Below the pieces are notes generated by a model. It was not told the origin of the DNA, did no database searches, and saw only the letters and a program-made list of their open reading frames with translations. A stretch of 64,000 nt of DNA from an uncultured Actinomycetes bacterium (GTDB lineage: Bacteria > Actinomycetota > UBA4738 > HRBIN12). Location of the stretch: assembly GCA_963708985.1 (NCBI GenBank), contig CAVPUQ010000009.1, positions 246,362-310,361 on the forward strand, given 5' to 3'. Positions 55,366 to 64,000 of the stretch are shown here, piece after piece. Position numbers and translations under genes: made by a program. Position 1 is the stretch's first letter, and each line of letters starts with the position of its first letter.

Positions 55366-56403
55366 CTACGCGGCAGCGCCGCTCCCAGGCAGAGCGTGTC
55401 GCCTCGACCCGATCGGCGGGGAGCTGGACGTAGCCGGCCTCACCGACGCCGGTCACCAGACCGTTGTCGCTGAGGTAGTAGTCGACGAAGGCCTTCACGG
55501 CGGGGTTCTCGGCGATCTTCGCCGTGTTCACGTAGATGTAGAGCGACCGCGAGAGCGGGTAGCTGGCCGTCGGCGATCGGTCTCGGCGCTCGGCGCCACG
55601 CAGCCGCTTCCGCCGTCGACCTGGATCTCCTTGATCTGGTCTCCGGCGTTCTGCGCGTACGCGAACCCGACGAAGCCCAGGGCCGAGGGCGACCCCTCCA
55701 TCGCCGAGATGATGACGTTGTCGTCCGGCGAGGGCTGGTAGTCCTTCCGAAGCGCGCCGGCCTGGTTCTCGGGGACGCCGCGGCCGAGCGCGGTGTCCTC
55801 GATGCCGGCCAGCTCGATGAAGGCGTCGTACGTCCCGGACTCCTCGCCCGGCGCCGTGATCTCGAGCGGGGCGTTCGGGAAGTCGCCGGTGCCGCCGAGC
55901 TCGGTGGCGAGCTGGTTCGCGTCGCTCCACGAGCCGAAGCCCTGGGACTCGGGCCCGAACAGCGCGTACAGGTCGCCGAGCTTCAGACACTCGACGCTGT
56001 TCGCCGGGTTGGTCATCACGGTGATGCCGTCGAAGGCGATCTCGAGCTCGACGTAGTCGACCCCCGCCTGCGCGCAGGCGTCCATCTCCGCCTGCTCGAT
56101 CGGGCGAGAAGCGTCCTGGATGTCGGTCTCGCCCTTGCAGAACAGGACGAAGCCGTCGCCCGTGCCGGGACCGTCGACGCTGATCGAGACGCCCGGAGCC
56201 ACGTCTTGGTTGAAGAGCTCGGCCACGAGGTTCGAGATGGGCTGGACCGTGGACGAGCCCGAGATCGTGATCGTGCCGCTCAGGTCGCCACTCCCGGTGC
56301 CCCCGGTGTCACCACCACCATCCCCGCCACCGCACGCGGCGGCGACCACCGAGAGCGACAGCGCGGCCCCGACGACCGCCAGCCTCATCCTGCGCTTCCC
56401 CAT
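55366..56403 (-). CDS. pstS: Phosphate-binding lipoprotein PstS (indels near 3' end)
   Basis: Lipobox VAAAC; SGSSTV, GTGDGF, DASR, SGTYDAF, YPLSRSLYIY. Confidence 0.92.
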
Positions 56404-56472
56404 GTCTCCTCCTTGGTCGAGCATCGAACGCCCCTGCGGGCCGTTCTCCGCTCGGGATGCTAGGAGGCGCTC

Positions 56473-56511
56473 GTGACCGCCCCGGGGCCCGTTCGTGAAC
56501 GGAACGTGAAC
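56473..56511 (-). promoter_or_regulatory. PHO box: 11-bp-spaced G(T/G)TCAC direct repeats upstream of pstS and divergent senX3
   Basis: Plus strand GTGACC 56473, GTGAAC 56495, GTGAAC 56506 (spacing 22 and 11); matches the Streptomyces PhoP GTTCA repeat unit; TAGCAT -10 at 56462-56457. Confidence 0.75.
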
Positions 56512-56564
56512 GAACCCGGGCAGGTGACCCGCCGCCGGATCCGCCCATATCTACACTTGCGCCG

Positions 56565-57705
56565 GTGGAGACGCTCCTCGTGGTGCTCGGGCTCGCGATC
56601 GCGGCGGTCTCGGTGGTGCTCCTCGTCCGGGACCGCGCCGCGAGCCGGACGAAGATCGAAGTCGCCGAGCGTGAGGCTCGGGACGCTCGCGGGTACCTCC
56701 GTGAGGTCGAGGAGGAGCGCCGGTCGATGGCGCTCGTGCTGTCCTCGATGCGTGAAGGGGTCCTGCTCGTCGAGCTCGACGGCCGTGTCGTGTTCGCGAA
56801 CCTCGCGCTCGGGGAGCTCCTCGGCGGGATGCCCGCGTCGCTCGACTCGCTGCTCCCCCTCGGCCTGCGGGAGGTCGTCCGCGCGGCGACGTCGGAGGAC
56901 ACCCCACGCAGCGTCGAGCTCGAGACCGGCGCCCCGAGCCGGTGGCTGCGCGGCGACGCGATCCCCGTGGGCGGCGTCGCGGTGCTCCTCGTCGTCCGCG
57001 ACGTGACCGATGCCCGCCGGCTCGAGGCGGTGCGGCGCGACTTCGTCTCGAACGCCTCGCACGAGCTGAAGACCCCGGCCGCCTCGATCCAGGCGGCGGC
57101 CGAGACGATCGGGACGGCGGCGCTCGAGGACCCGGCGGTGGTCCCCCGGTTCGCGGCGCAGCTGGAGCGCGAGGCGGCCCGGCTGTCGCGGATCGTCTCT
57201 GACCTGCTCGACCTGTCTCGCCTCGAGACCGGCAGCGCCCTGGAGGAGCCGGTCGCGCTCGACGCGGTCGCTCCGGGACGAGGCCGAACGGTTCGAGGGC
57301 ACCGCCGCCGAGGCCGGCGTCGCGCTCGACGGTGCGACGCGCGAGCCCGTCCTCCGGTGCGCGGCTCGACCCGCGAGCTCGCGCTCATGGTCCGCAACCT
57401 CGTGGACAACGCGATCCGCTACACGCGACCGGGAGGGCGCGTCGACGTGCGGCTGGCGCCCGACGGTGGCGAGGTCGTGCTCACGGTCGCCGACACCGGC
57501 ATCGGCATCCCCGGCCGGGATCTCGGCCGGGTCTTCGAGCGCTTCTACCGCGTCGATCGCGCCCGATCGCGAGAGACCGGCGGGACGGGCCTCGGCCTGT
57601 CGATCGTGCGCCACGTCGTCGAGAATCACGGCGGGCACGGTCAGCGTGCGGAGCGAGCTCGGCGTGGGCTCCACGTTCGAGGTCCGCCTGCCCGTGCCGC
57701 GGTGA
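56565..57705 (+). CDS. senX3: Sensor histidine kinase, SenX3/PhoR-like (indels near 57275-57330 and 57635)
   Basis: TM, PAS-like, [46 protein letters not shown]. Confidence 0.87.
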
Positions 57706-57743
57706 ACCTCCGCCGCACCCCGAAGCCGCGTAGGCTACCCGTC

Positions 57744-58403
57744 ATGACGCTCCTGCTCCTCGTCCGCCAGCGGACACGCCGATCGCCGGCAAGGTCCTCA
57801 CCGGCTGGTCACGCGGGGTCCACCTCACGCGCGCGGGCGCGCGCAGGCCGAGGCACTCGCGGCACGCCTCGAGGCGATCCCGGTGGAGGCGATCTACTCG
57901 AGCCCGCTCGAGCGCTGCCGCGAGACCGCGGCGCCCCTCGCTCGACGCGCGGGGCGAGGTGCACCTGCGGCGCGCCCTCCTGGAGATGGCTACGGGGAGT
58001 GGACCGGTCGCTCGATCCGGCAGCTCGCCCGGACGAAGCAGTGGCGCTCGGTGCAGCGCACCCCGTCGAGCTTCCGCTTCCCCGGAGGCGAGAGCCTCCG
58101 CGACGTGCAGGCCAGGGCGGTGGACGCCGTCCGGGCGATCGCCGAGGACGCACCCCGACGGCTCGGTGGTGGTCGTTACCCACGCCGACGTGGTCCGGCT
58201 CGTGCTCGCCGACCTGGCCGGGATCCACCTCGACCTGTTCAGCGCTTCGCGGTCGAGCCCGCCTCGGTGTCGGCGGTCGCGCTCGACGAGGGCCACGCCG
58301 CGATCCTGAAGGTCAACGACACCGGCGATCTGGGCTCGCTGGCCCCGTCGACCGCCTCGACCGAAGCGCCGCGGGTCGGCGGCTGCGGAAGGTGGCAGGA
58401 TAG
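57744..58403 (+). CDS. Histidine phosphatase family protein, MSMEG_4193/SCO1666-like (indels)
   Basis: LLLVR.., [36 protein letters not shown]. Confidence 0.8.
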   Translation: MTLLLLVRQRTRRSPARSSPAGHAGSTSRARARAGRGTRGTPRGDPGGGDLLEPARALPRDRGAPRSTRGARCTCGAPSWRWLRGVDRSLDPAARPDEAVALGAAHPVELPLPRRREPPRRAGQGGGRRPGDRRGRTPTARWWSLPTPTWSGSCSPTWPGSTSTCSALRGRARLGVGGRARRGPRRDPEGQRHRRSGLAGPVDRLDRSAAGRRLRKVAG

Positions 58404-58408
58404 GCGAC

Positions 58409-58943
58409 GTGGAGATCGGACCCGTCGATCGCATCACGACCGATCGCGTCGGCGAGCCCGGCGGTCGCACGTTCTACCTGCAGGTCCGGGCGGGGCAGCG
58501 AGCTCGTGACGGTCACGTCGAGAAGCAGCAGGTCGAGCTGCTCGCGGCCTCGATCCTCGACATCCTGGCGCGCGTCGGCCAGGAGACGCGGGAGGCCCGG
58601 GAGGCGGAGCTGGACCTCGAGGAACCGCTCGAGCCCAGGTGGCGGGTGGCAAGCTCGCCATCGGGTACGCGACGGAGCGCGACCTCATCCTGCTGGAGCT
58701 CGAGGAGCTCGTCCCCGACGCCGAGGAGGAGGCCGAGGAGGAGGTCCTCGCCGAGATCGACGGACCCGAGCCCGGCTCGATCCGTCTGTGGGCGACGCGC
58801 GACCAGATGCTGGCCCTCTCCCGGCACGGGGCGGCGGTCGCGGCGCGGGGACGTCCCGCGTGCCGGTTCTGCGGCAACCCGATCGATCCCGAGGGTCACA
58901 CGTGCCCGGCGATGAACGGTCACGGAGGGCCGGCCGCGGGTGA
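58409..58943 (+). CDS. DUF3090 family protein (indels)
   Basis: VGEPGGRTFYLQ, EKQQV, GRPACRFCGNPIDPEGHTCPAMNGH. Confidence 0.85.
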
Positions 58944-59660
58944 ACGAGGTCGGCGCCGAGGTCCTCCGCGGCTCCTGCGCGAGGGCGAGCTCGAGCTGCT
59001 CGGCCTGCTCCCGCGGTCCTCGAACTACACCGTTCCTCGTCCGCCTGCGGGGGGGCGCCGATCCGGTGCTCGCGGTCTACAAGCCGCGGGCCGGCGAGGC
59101 ACCCCTGTGGGACTTCCCCGAGGGCACGCTCTGTCGCCGCGAGGTCGCCGCGCACGTCGCGGCCGAGGCCCTCGGCTGGCCCTGGTGCCGCCGACCGTCC
59201 TGCGCGACGGCCCCACGGCGAGGGCTCGGTGCAGCTCTTCGTGGAGTTCGAGCCCGCGCTCGTCACTACCTGACGATGCGCGACGAACGGCCCGACGACT
59301 TCCGTCGGATCGCGCTCTTCGACGTCGTCGCGAACAACGGCGACCGCAAGTCCGGGCACTGCCTGCTCTCGACGGATAGACGGCTCTTCGTGATCGACCA
59401 TGGCGTGTGCTTCCACGACGAGCCGAAGCTGCGCACGGTGATCTGGGATTTCGTCGGCGAGGAGGTCCCGGCCGACATGCGCGCGGACCTCGAGCGCGTC
59501 GGCGAGCGAGGTCGAGCGTGGCCGCTTCGCGAGCGCCGGCTCGAGGACCTCCTCAGCCCGGTCGAGATCCGGGCCGACGCGCCGGCTCGCCGACCTGCTC
59601 GAGGGAGCACGGTTCCCGGAGCCCGGCCCGGGACGACCCTACCCATGGCCGATCGTCTGA
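58940..59660 (+). CDS. SCO1664-family PI3/PI4-kinase-like protein (indels)
   Basis: SSNYT, VYKP..GEAPLWDFPEGTL..REVAA, FDVVANNGDRKSGH, IDHGVCF, RPYPWPIV. Confidence 0.85.
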
Positions 59661-59706
59661 GCGCCGCCGTCTCACGTCGCGGATCGCCCCGGGCCGTTCT
59701 TCCGGC

Positions 59707-60191
59707 GTGAGTGGCGTGCCACCGTTCGCGACCTTCCTCGAGGAGCACCGGGCCGACGTGTACCGGTTCCTGCTCGCGGCCGTCGGGCCACACGACGCCG
59801 ACGACTGCTTCCAGGAGACCTTCCTGTCGGCGCTGCGGGCCTACCCGCGCTGCGGGACGGCCGAGAACCTGCGCGGGTGGGTGCTCACGATCGCGACCCG
59901 CAAGGCGCACGACCTCTGGCGGGGGCGCGCGCGGCGACCGCTCCCGGTCGAGCATCTACCCGAGCGCGTCGCGCCCGAGCGCCGGCGAGACCGACCCGGA
60001 GCTCTGGGGGGCGGTCGACGGGCTACCGCCGATGCAACGCGCGGCCGTGATCCATCGCTACGTGCTCGACCTGCCGTACGCCGAGGTGGCGAGGGCGTTG
60101 GGATGCTCCGAGGAGGCGGCGCGAGGTCGAGCGCCTCCGAGGGCCGGAAGAAGCTGCGGGCGTCGCGCTCGCGGGGAGGGTTCCGAGATGA
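59707..60191 (+). CDS. ECF RNA polymerase sigma factor (indels)
   Basis: DADDCFQETFLSA, WVLTIATRK; region 4 LPPMQRAAV...LPYAEVARALG. Confidence 0.85.
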
Positions 60192-60802
60192 GCGACGACG
60201 TGCTCCGCCGGCGCCTGCGCCGCGGATGTCGAGGCCGCCTCGCGTCGGGCCGCCGGAGAACCTCGCGGGTGCGGCGCGACGCCGAGGGCTCGTCGACGTC
60301 GCCGTCGGCACCGTGGACTCGCCGCTCGGCCGGGTGACGGTGTTCGTCACGAAGGCCGGGCTCGTGCGGGTCGCGTACCCGGACGAACGCCTCGACCGGG
60401 TCTTCGAGGAGGTCGCTGAGGTCGTGTCGCCCCGTCTGCTCGAGGACGCCGAAGGGCTCCGACCGCGTTCGGCGCGAGCTCGACGCATACTTCGCGGGTC
60501 ACCTGCGGCGCTTCCGGGTGCCGATCGACTGGGCGTTCGTGCCGCAGGGGTTCTTCCGCAGGGTGCTCGAGGCGACCGCGGGTATCCCCTTCGGCTCCGT
60601 GTCCACCTACGGCGTCGTCGCCCGACGCGCGGGGAGCCCTCGGGCCGCCCGTGCAGCCGGCAACGCCCTGCACGACAACCCGGTCCCCATCGTCGTCCCA
60701 TGCCACCGCGTCGTGCCGGCGAGCGGCGGCATCGGCAAGTACGGGGGCGACGAGTGGCGCAAGGCATGGCTCTTGCGCCTGGAGGGCGCGATCCCGAACT
60801 GA
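60188..60802 (+). CDS. ogt: Methylated-DNA--protein-cysteine methyltransferase (indels)
   Basis: VDSPLG, ELDAYFAG, IPFG...TYG, ARAAG.A...NPVPIVVPCHRV; ATGA overlap with the sigma gene. Confidence 0.9.
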
Positions 60803-60834
60803 CGCCTCGGCCTTCGCGCGGGAAGATGGTTGCC

Positions 60835-61257
60835 ATGCGTATCCGGTCCCTCGTCGCGACGATCGTCCTCGCGCTGCTCGCCGGCGCATGCGCGGGATCC
60901 GCCGAGAGCTCCCCGAGCGCCTCCGCGAGCGCGACCGTCGCGCCCGAAGCTCGCGCCTACGTCTCCCTGTGCACGGTCGCCGCCGACGTTGCGGCCGGCG
61001 ACGTCGCCGGGGCCGAAGCGACCTTCGAGGACGACGTCCACGAGACGCTCCACGAGCTGGCCGACCGGCTGGAGTCCACCGACCGCGCGGCCTCGGCCGC
61101 CCTGCTCGAGGCGAAGTCGAAGGTCGAGGCCGACCTGTTGGAGTCGGCCCCGGACACGGCGCGCCTCGGCGCCCACGTGGACGGGCTCCTCGCGGCGCTG
61201 GCCGGAGCGATGGCGGCCGCGGACCTCCAGGCTCCGACATGCCCGGAGCCGTCGTGA
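60835..61257 (+). CDS. Hypothetical helical lipoprotein
   Basis: Lipobox LAGAC; HETLHEL segment; two further Cys. Confidence 0.7.
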   Translation: MRIRSLVATIVLALLAGACAGSAESSPSASASATVAPEARAYVSLCTVAADVAAGDVAGAEATFEDDVHETLHELADRLESTDRAASAALLEAKSKVEADLLESAPDTARLGAHVDGLLAALAGAMAAADLQAPTCPEPS

Positions 61258-62234
61258 GTCCGCTCCGCCGGGGGCGAGACCTGGCTGCCGCGCTCGCGTT
61301 CGGCGTGCTCGCGGTGGCGTGCTCTTCGGAGGGGTCCGGGGCACCGAGCCCGACCCCGTCCACGCCATCGCGCGCCCAGATCGTCGCGATCGTTGCGAGC
61401 GTGGATCTGTACGCGAGCGCACCGCAGCGCGTGTCGGTCGGGCTCGTCACGAACGACAACGAGCTCGTGAGCTACGGCACGGTGGACTTCGCCTTCTCCT
61501 ACATCGGGACCGCCGCGGCGCCCGTCGCGCCCGAGCCCGGCCCGATGGCGACCGCGAGCTTCGTCCCGGTCTTCGGGAGCACCGGCTCGGGCGACGCGCC
61601 GAGGATCACCCTGCCGTCCGAGGGCCGCGGCGTGTACGAGGCGAGCGACGTGACGTTCGACCGTGCCGGGTTCTGGCAGGTCTCCGTCACGGCCGACGTG
61701 CAGGACGTGGGTACGGAGCAGGCGCTCGCGACGTTCGCGGTCGGCGAGCAGCCGGCCCTGCCGGCGCCCGGCGACCCCGCGCTGCCGACCGAGAACCTCA
61801 CCCTCGACTCGAAGGGCGTCCCGCAGGCGGCGATCGACTCCCGGGCCGCGACCGAGGGGGAGGTCCCCGACCCCGAGCTCCACGGGTGGACGATCGCACG
61901 CGCGATCCGAGAAGGGCGTCCGGCGCTCGTCGTGTTCGCGACGCCCGTCTACTGCGTGAGCCAGTTCTGCGGGCCGGTGACGGACATGGTGCAGGATCTC
62001 TCCATGCGGTACGCGGATCGCGCCGCGTTCATCCACGTCGAGATCTGGAAGGACTTCGAGAACCAGGTGCTGAACGAGGCCGCGACCGATTGGCTCCAGA
62101 TGCCCTCGGGCGACCTCACCGAGCCCTGGCTGTTCCTCATCGGGGCCGACGGCACGATCCTCGACCGCTGGAGCTCGCTCTGGAGCGAGGGAGAGGTCGC
62201 GGAAGCCCTCGAGGCGCTTCCGGCGAGCGCCTGA
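61254..62234 (+). CDS. Lipoprotein with Ig-like N-domain and thioredoxin-like C-domain
   Basis: Lipobox LAVAC; VVFATPVYCVSQFCGP, FIHVEIW, TEPWLFLIGADG; GTGA overlap with upstream gene. Confidence 0.75.
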   Translation: MSPLRRGRDLAAALAFGVLAVACSSEGSGAPSPTPSTPSRAQIVAIVASVDLYASAPQRVSVGLVTNDNELVSYGTVDFAFSYIGTAAAPVAPEPGPMATASFVPVFGSTGSGDAPRITLPSEGRGVYEASDVTFDRAGFWQVSVTADVQDVGTEQALATFAVGEQPALPAPGDPALPTENLTLDSKGVPQAAIDSRAATEGEVPDPELHGWTIARAIREGRPALVVFATPVYCVSQFCGPVTDMVQDLSMRYADRAAFIHVEIWKDFENQVLNEAATDWLQMPSGDLTEPWLFLIGADGTILDRWSSLWSEGEVAEALEALPASA

Positions 62235-62276
62235 GCTCGGCCGCCGTTGCCGAGGGCAGCCCGTAGGATGTGCGCC

Positions 62277-63224
62277 ATGGGTCGCCCCGGGGATCCTCGG
62301 ATCCCCCCACCGCCCGCGCCGACCGTCGAGTACTGCTACCGGCACCCGACCGAGCCGACCCGTGTGCACTGCGCACGCTGCGGCCGACCGATCTGCCCGG
62401 AGTGCATGACTCCGGCCCCGGTCGGCCACCAGTGCCCCGAGTGCATCCAGCAGGCACGCCGGGAGTTCCGCCAGGGGCCCGGCAAACGCATCGCCGTGCG
62501 CAGCGTGACCGCCACGAAGGTGTTCCTCGTCGCGATCATCGGGGTCTTCGTGCTCGAGATGGTCTCGGCCGGCGCCGGCTCGCTGAACCGCGGCGCCAGC
62601 AGCGACCGACTGCTCGGCCTCGGCGCCCTCCAGCCCTTCCTGATCGCCGACGGAGACTTCTGGCGCCTGTTCACGGCGATGTTCCTCCACGCGAACCTGT
62701 TCCACATCCTGTTCAACGCGTGGGCGCTCTGGGTGTTCGGCACGATGATCGAGCGCGACTTCGGCACCCCCCGGTTCGTGCTGCTGTTCTTCCTGACCGG
62801 CTTCCTCGCGAGCGCGACCTCGTACGCGTTCGGCCCCGGCACCGCGGTGGGCGTCGGGGCGTCCGGCGCGATCTTCGGGATCTTCGGCGCCTTCGTCGCG
62901 TACAACTACCGGCGGCGACACCTCGCGCTGGCCGCGGCGAACCTGCGCTGGGCGACGACCCTCCTGCTCATCAACGTGCTGTTCGCCTTCTCGTTCGGCT
63001 CGATCGACTGGCGCGCGCACCTGGGCGGGTTCGTGGCGGGCGTGCTCGCCGGCTTCGTCGCCGAGGGCTGGGGCGACCGCCGGCAGCGGACGCTCATCAC
63101 CACGCTCGGCTTCCTCGGACTCGCCGTCGCGGGGGCAGCGCTCGTCGTGTGGCGCACCTCACAGCTCCAGGCGCTGCCCGAGTTCGACCGCGCGGTGCAG
63201 TTCTTCCGGCTGCTGGCGGGCTGA
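62277..63224 (+). CDS. Rhomboid intramembrane serine protease with N-terminal B-box zinc finger
   Basis: CYRHP...CARCGRPICPEC; WRLFTAMFLH, GASGAIFG, AHLGG. Confidence 0.93.
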   Translation: MGRPGDPRIPPPPAPTVEYCYRHPTEPTRVHCARCGRPICPECMTPAPVGHQCPECIQQARREFRQGPGKRIAVRSVTATKVFLVAIIGVFVLEMVSAGAGSLNRGASSDRLLGLGALQPFLIADGDFWRLFTAMFLHANLFHILFNAWALWVFGTMIERDFGTPRFVLLFFLTGFLASATSYAFGPGTAVGVGASGAIFGIFGAFVAYNYRRRHLALAAANLRWATTLLLINVLFAFSFGSIDWRAHLGGFVAGVLAGFVAEGWGDRRQRTLITTLGFLGLAVAGAALVVWRTSQLQALPEFDRAVQFFRLLAG

Positions 63225-63234
63225 ACTAGCCCGC
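63216..63234 (-). promoter_or_regulatory. Candidate bacterial SECIS hairpin
   Basis: GCGGGCU-AGUUC-AGCCCGC perfect 7-bp stem beginning 12 nt after the in-frame UGA. Confidence 0.5.
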
Positions 63235-63699
63235 GTTGCGAGACCCTCAGCCGGGCTTGAAGCTCGGCAGCCCGTCCGAGGGCTCGGACACGGTGACCGC
63301 CTCCACGCCGAGCCCCACCGCGATGCGCTCGGACGCGCGGTTGAATCCCTCGCGGTCCCACGCGCCCACGGACTCGATCACCGTTCCATCGTCTCCGACG
63401 ACGATCAGCGTCGGCACCGAGTCGATCCCGTACGCGTTCGAGACGTCGTACGGCGGACGGTCCTCGAGCGAGCGGATCCCCATGCCGTGCTGCACGCCGA
63501 ACGCATCGAGCAGGTCCTGCGGGTCCTGCCCGATGCCCGCGACCCGACCGGGGTAGGCGCGCTCGAACGCCGACATCGTCGGCGCGGCGAGCTGGCAGGT
63601 CGGGCACGTGACCTTGTAGAAGAACAGCCCGACCGGGCCCTCCCCGAACGTGACTCCGGGGATCGGCGGAGCGGGCTCGCCGACGCCGAGCGGTGGCAT
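63226..63699 (-). CDS. Thioredoxin-like (TlpA/AhpC-TSA) protein; ends at TGA 63247 or reads through as Sec to TAG 63226
   Basis: FYKVTCPTC, YGIDSVPT cis-Pro loop, C-terminal FKPG-TGA-GSRNAG-TAG. Confidence 0.8.
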
Positions 63700-63735
63700 C
63701 GGGCAAGCCTATCGCGGACGTCGCCGGGAGCCGCG

Positions 63736-64000
63736 TCAGGAGCGCTCGCGGCCGATCGCGTACACACCGCCGCCGCGCGTGCCGACGTAGATCATCCCGT
63801 CCCATACGGACGGGGTGGACTCGATGCACCCGCCGAGCTGCAGCGACCACATCTCGCGAGGCTCCTTGTGCAGGTTGCCCGAGATGTCGTACGCGTGGAG
63901 CGTTCCGCCGCAGTCCCCTTCGAGCAGCACGTCGTCGATCGGCACCGGCGAGGACCAGGTCGGGCCGACGAGGTGGATACGCCAGTACTCCTCACCGGTC
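63736..64000 (-). CDS. PQQ-like beta-propeller protein, C-terminal part (5' end outside window)
   Basis: WSSPVPIDDVLL.G, GCIESTPSVWDGMIYVGTRGGGVYAI. Confidence 0.8.
   Translation of the reverse strand, partial: TGEEYWRIHLVGPTWSSPVPIDDVLLEGDCGGTLHAYDISGNLHKEPREMWSLQLGGCIESTPSVWDGMIYVGTRGGGVYAIGRERS

Overview
High-GC, gene-dense chromosomal window. Gene content (senX3/regX3, DUF3090/SCO1664-type triad, CGNR regulator, FdxA, F420-linked genes, leaderless TANNNT promoters) points to an Actinomycetota genome, probably an uncultured lineage (inference). Many conserved genes are broken by single-base indels, densest at about 31.3-35.6 kb and 46-60 kb. I read these as long-read consensus errors, so coordinates of those genes are reconstructed by hand and approximate. 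About 70 CDS are listed. They cover hutI/hutU, a convergent REC-EAL/REC-GGDEF pair, CBS-DUF429-CGL, an IscA/FrhB-like/FdxA/LLM redox block, a PucR-linked amine/GABA catabolic cluster, a small foreign-looking island (two exported proteins plus an IS3/IS6110-like end), a cyanophycin locus, a CGNR regulator with two microproteins, MgtE plus PhoU-RCK, ispH, corA, a roughly 15 kb phosphate/polyphosphate block with a PHO box, ECF sigma-ogt, two lipoproteins, a rhomboid and a thioredoxin-like protein. The two leading candidates for undescribed biology are (1) a cyanophycin locus where cphB-cphA-(DksA/TraR-like) faces a second CphA paralogue that keeps an N-like segment and the Mur-ligase domain but has no ATP-grasp domain, and (2) a probable C-terminal selenocysteine (FKPG-U-GSRNAG with a SECIS-like hairpin) missed by the ORF track. 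No rRNA, tRNA or CRISPR array was recognised.
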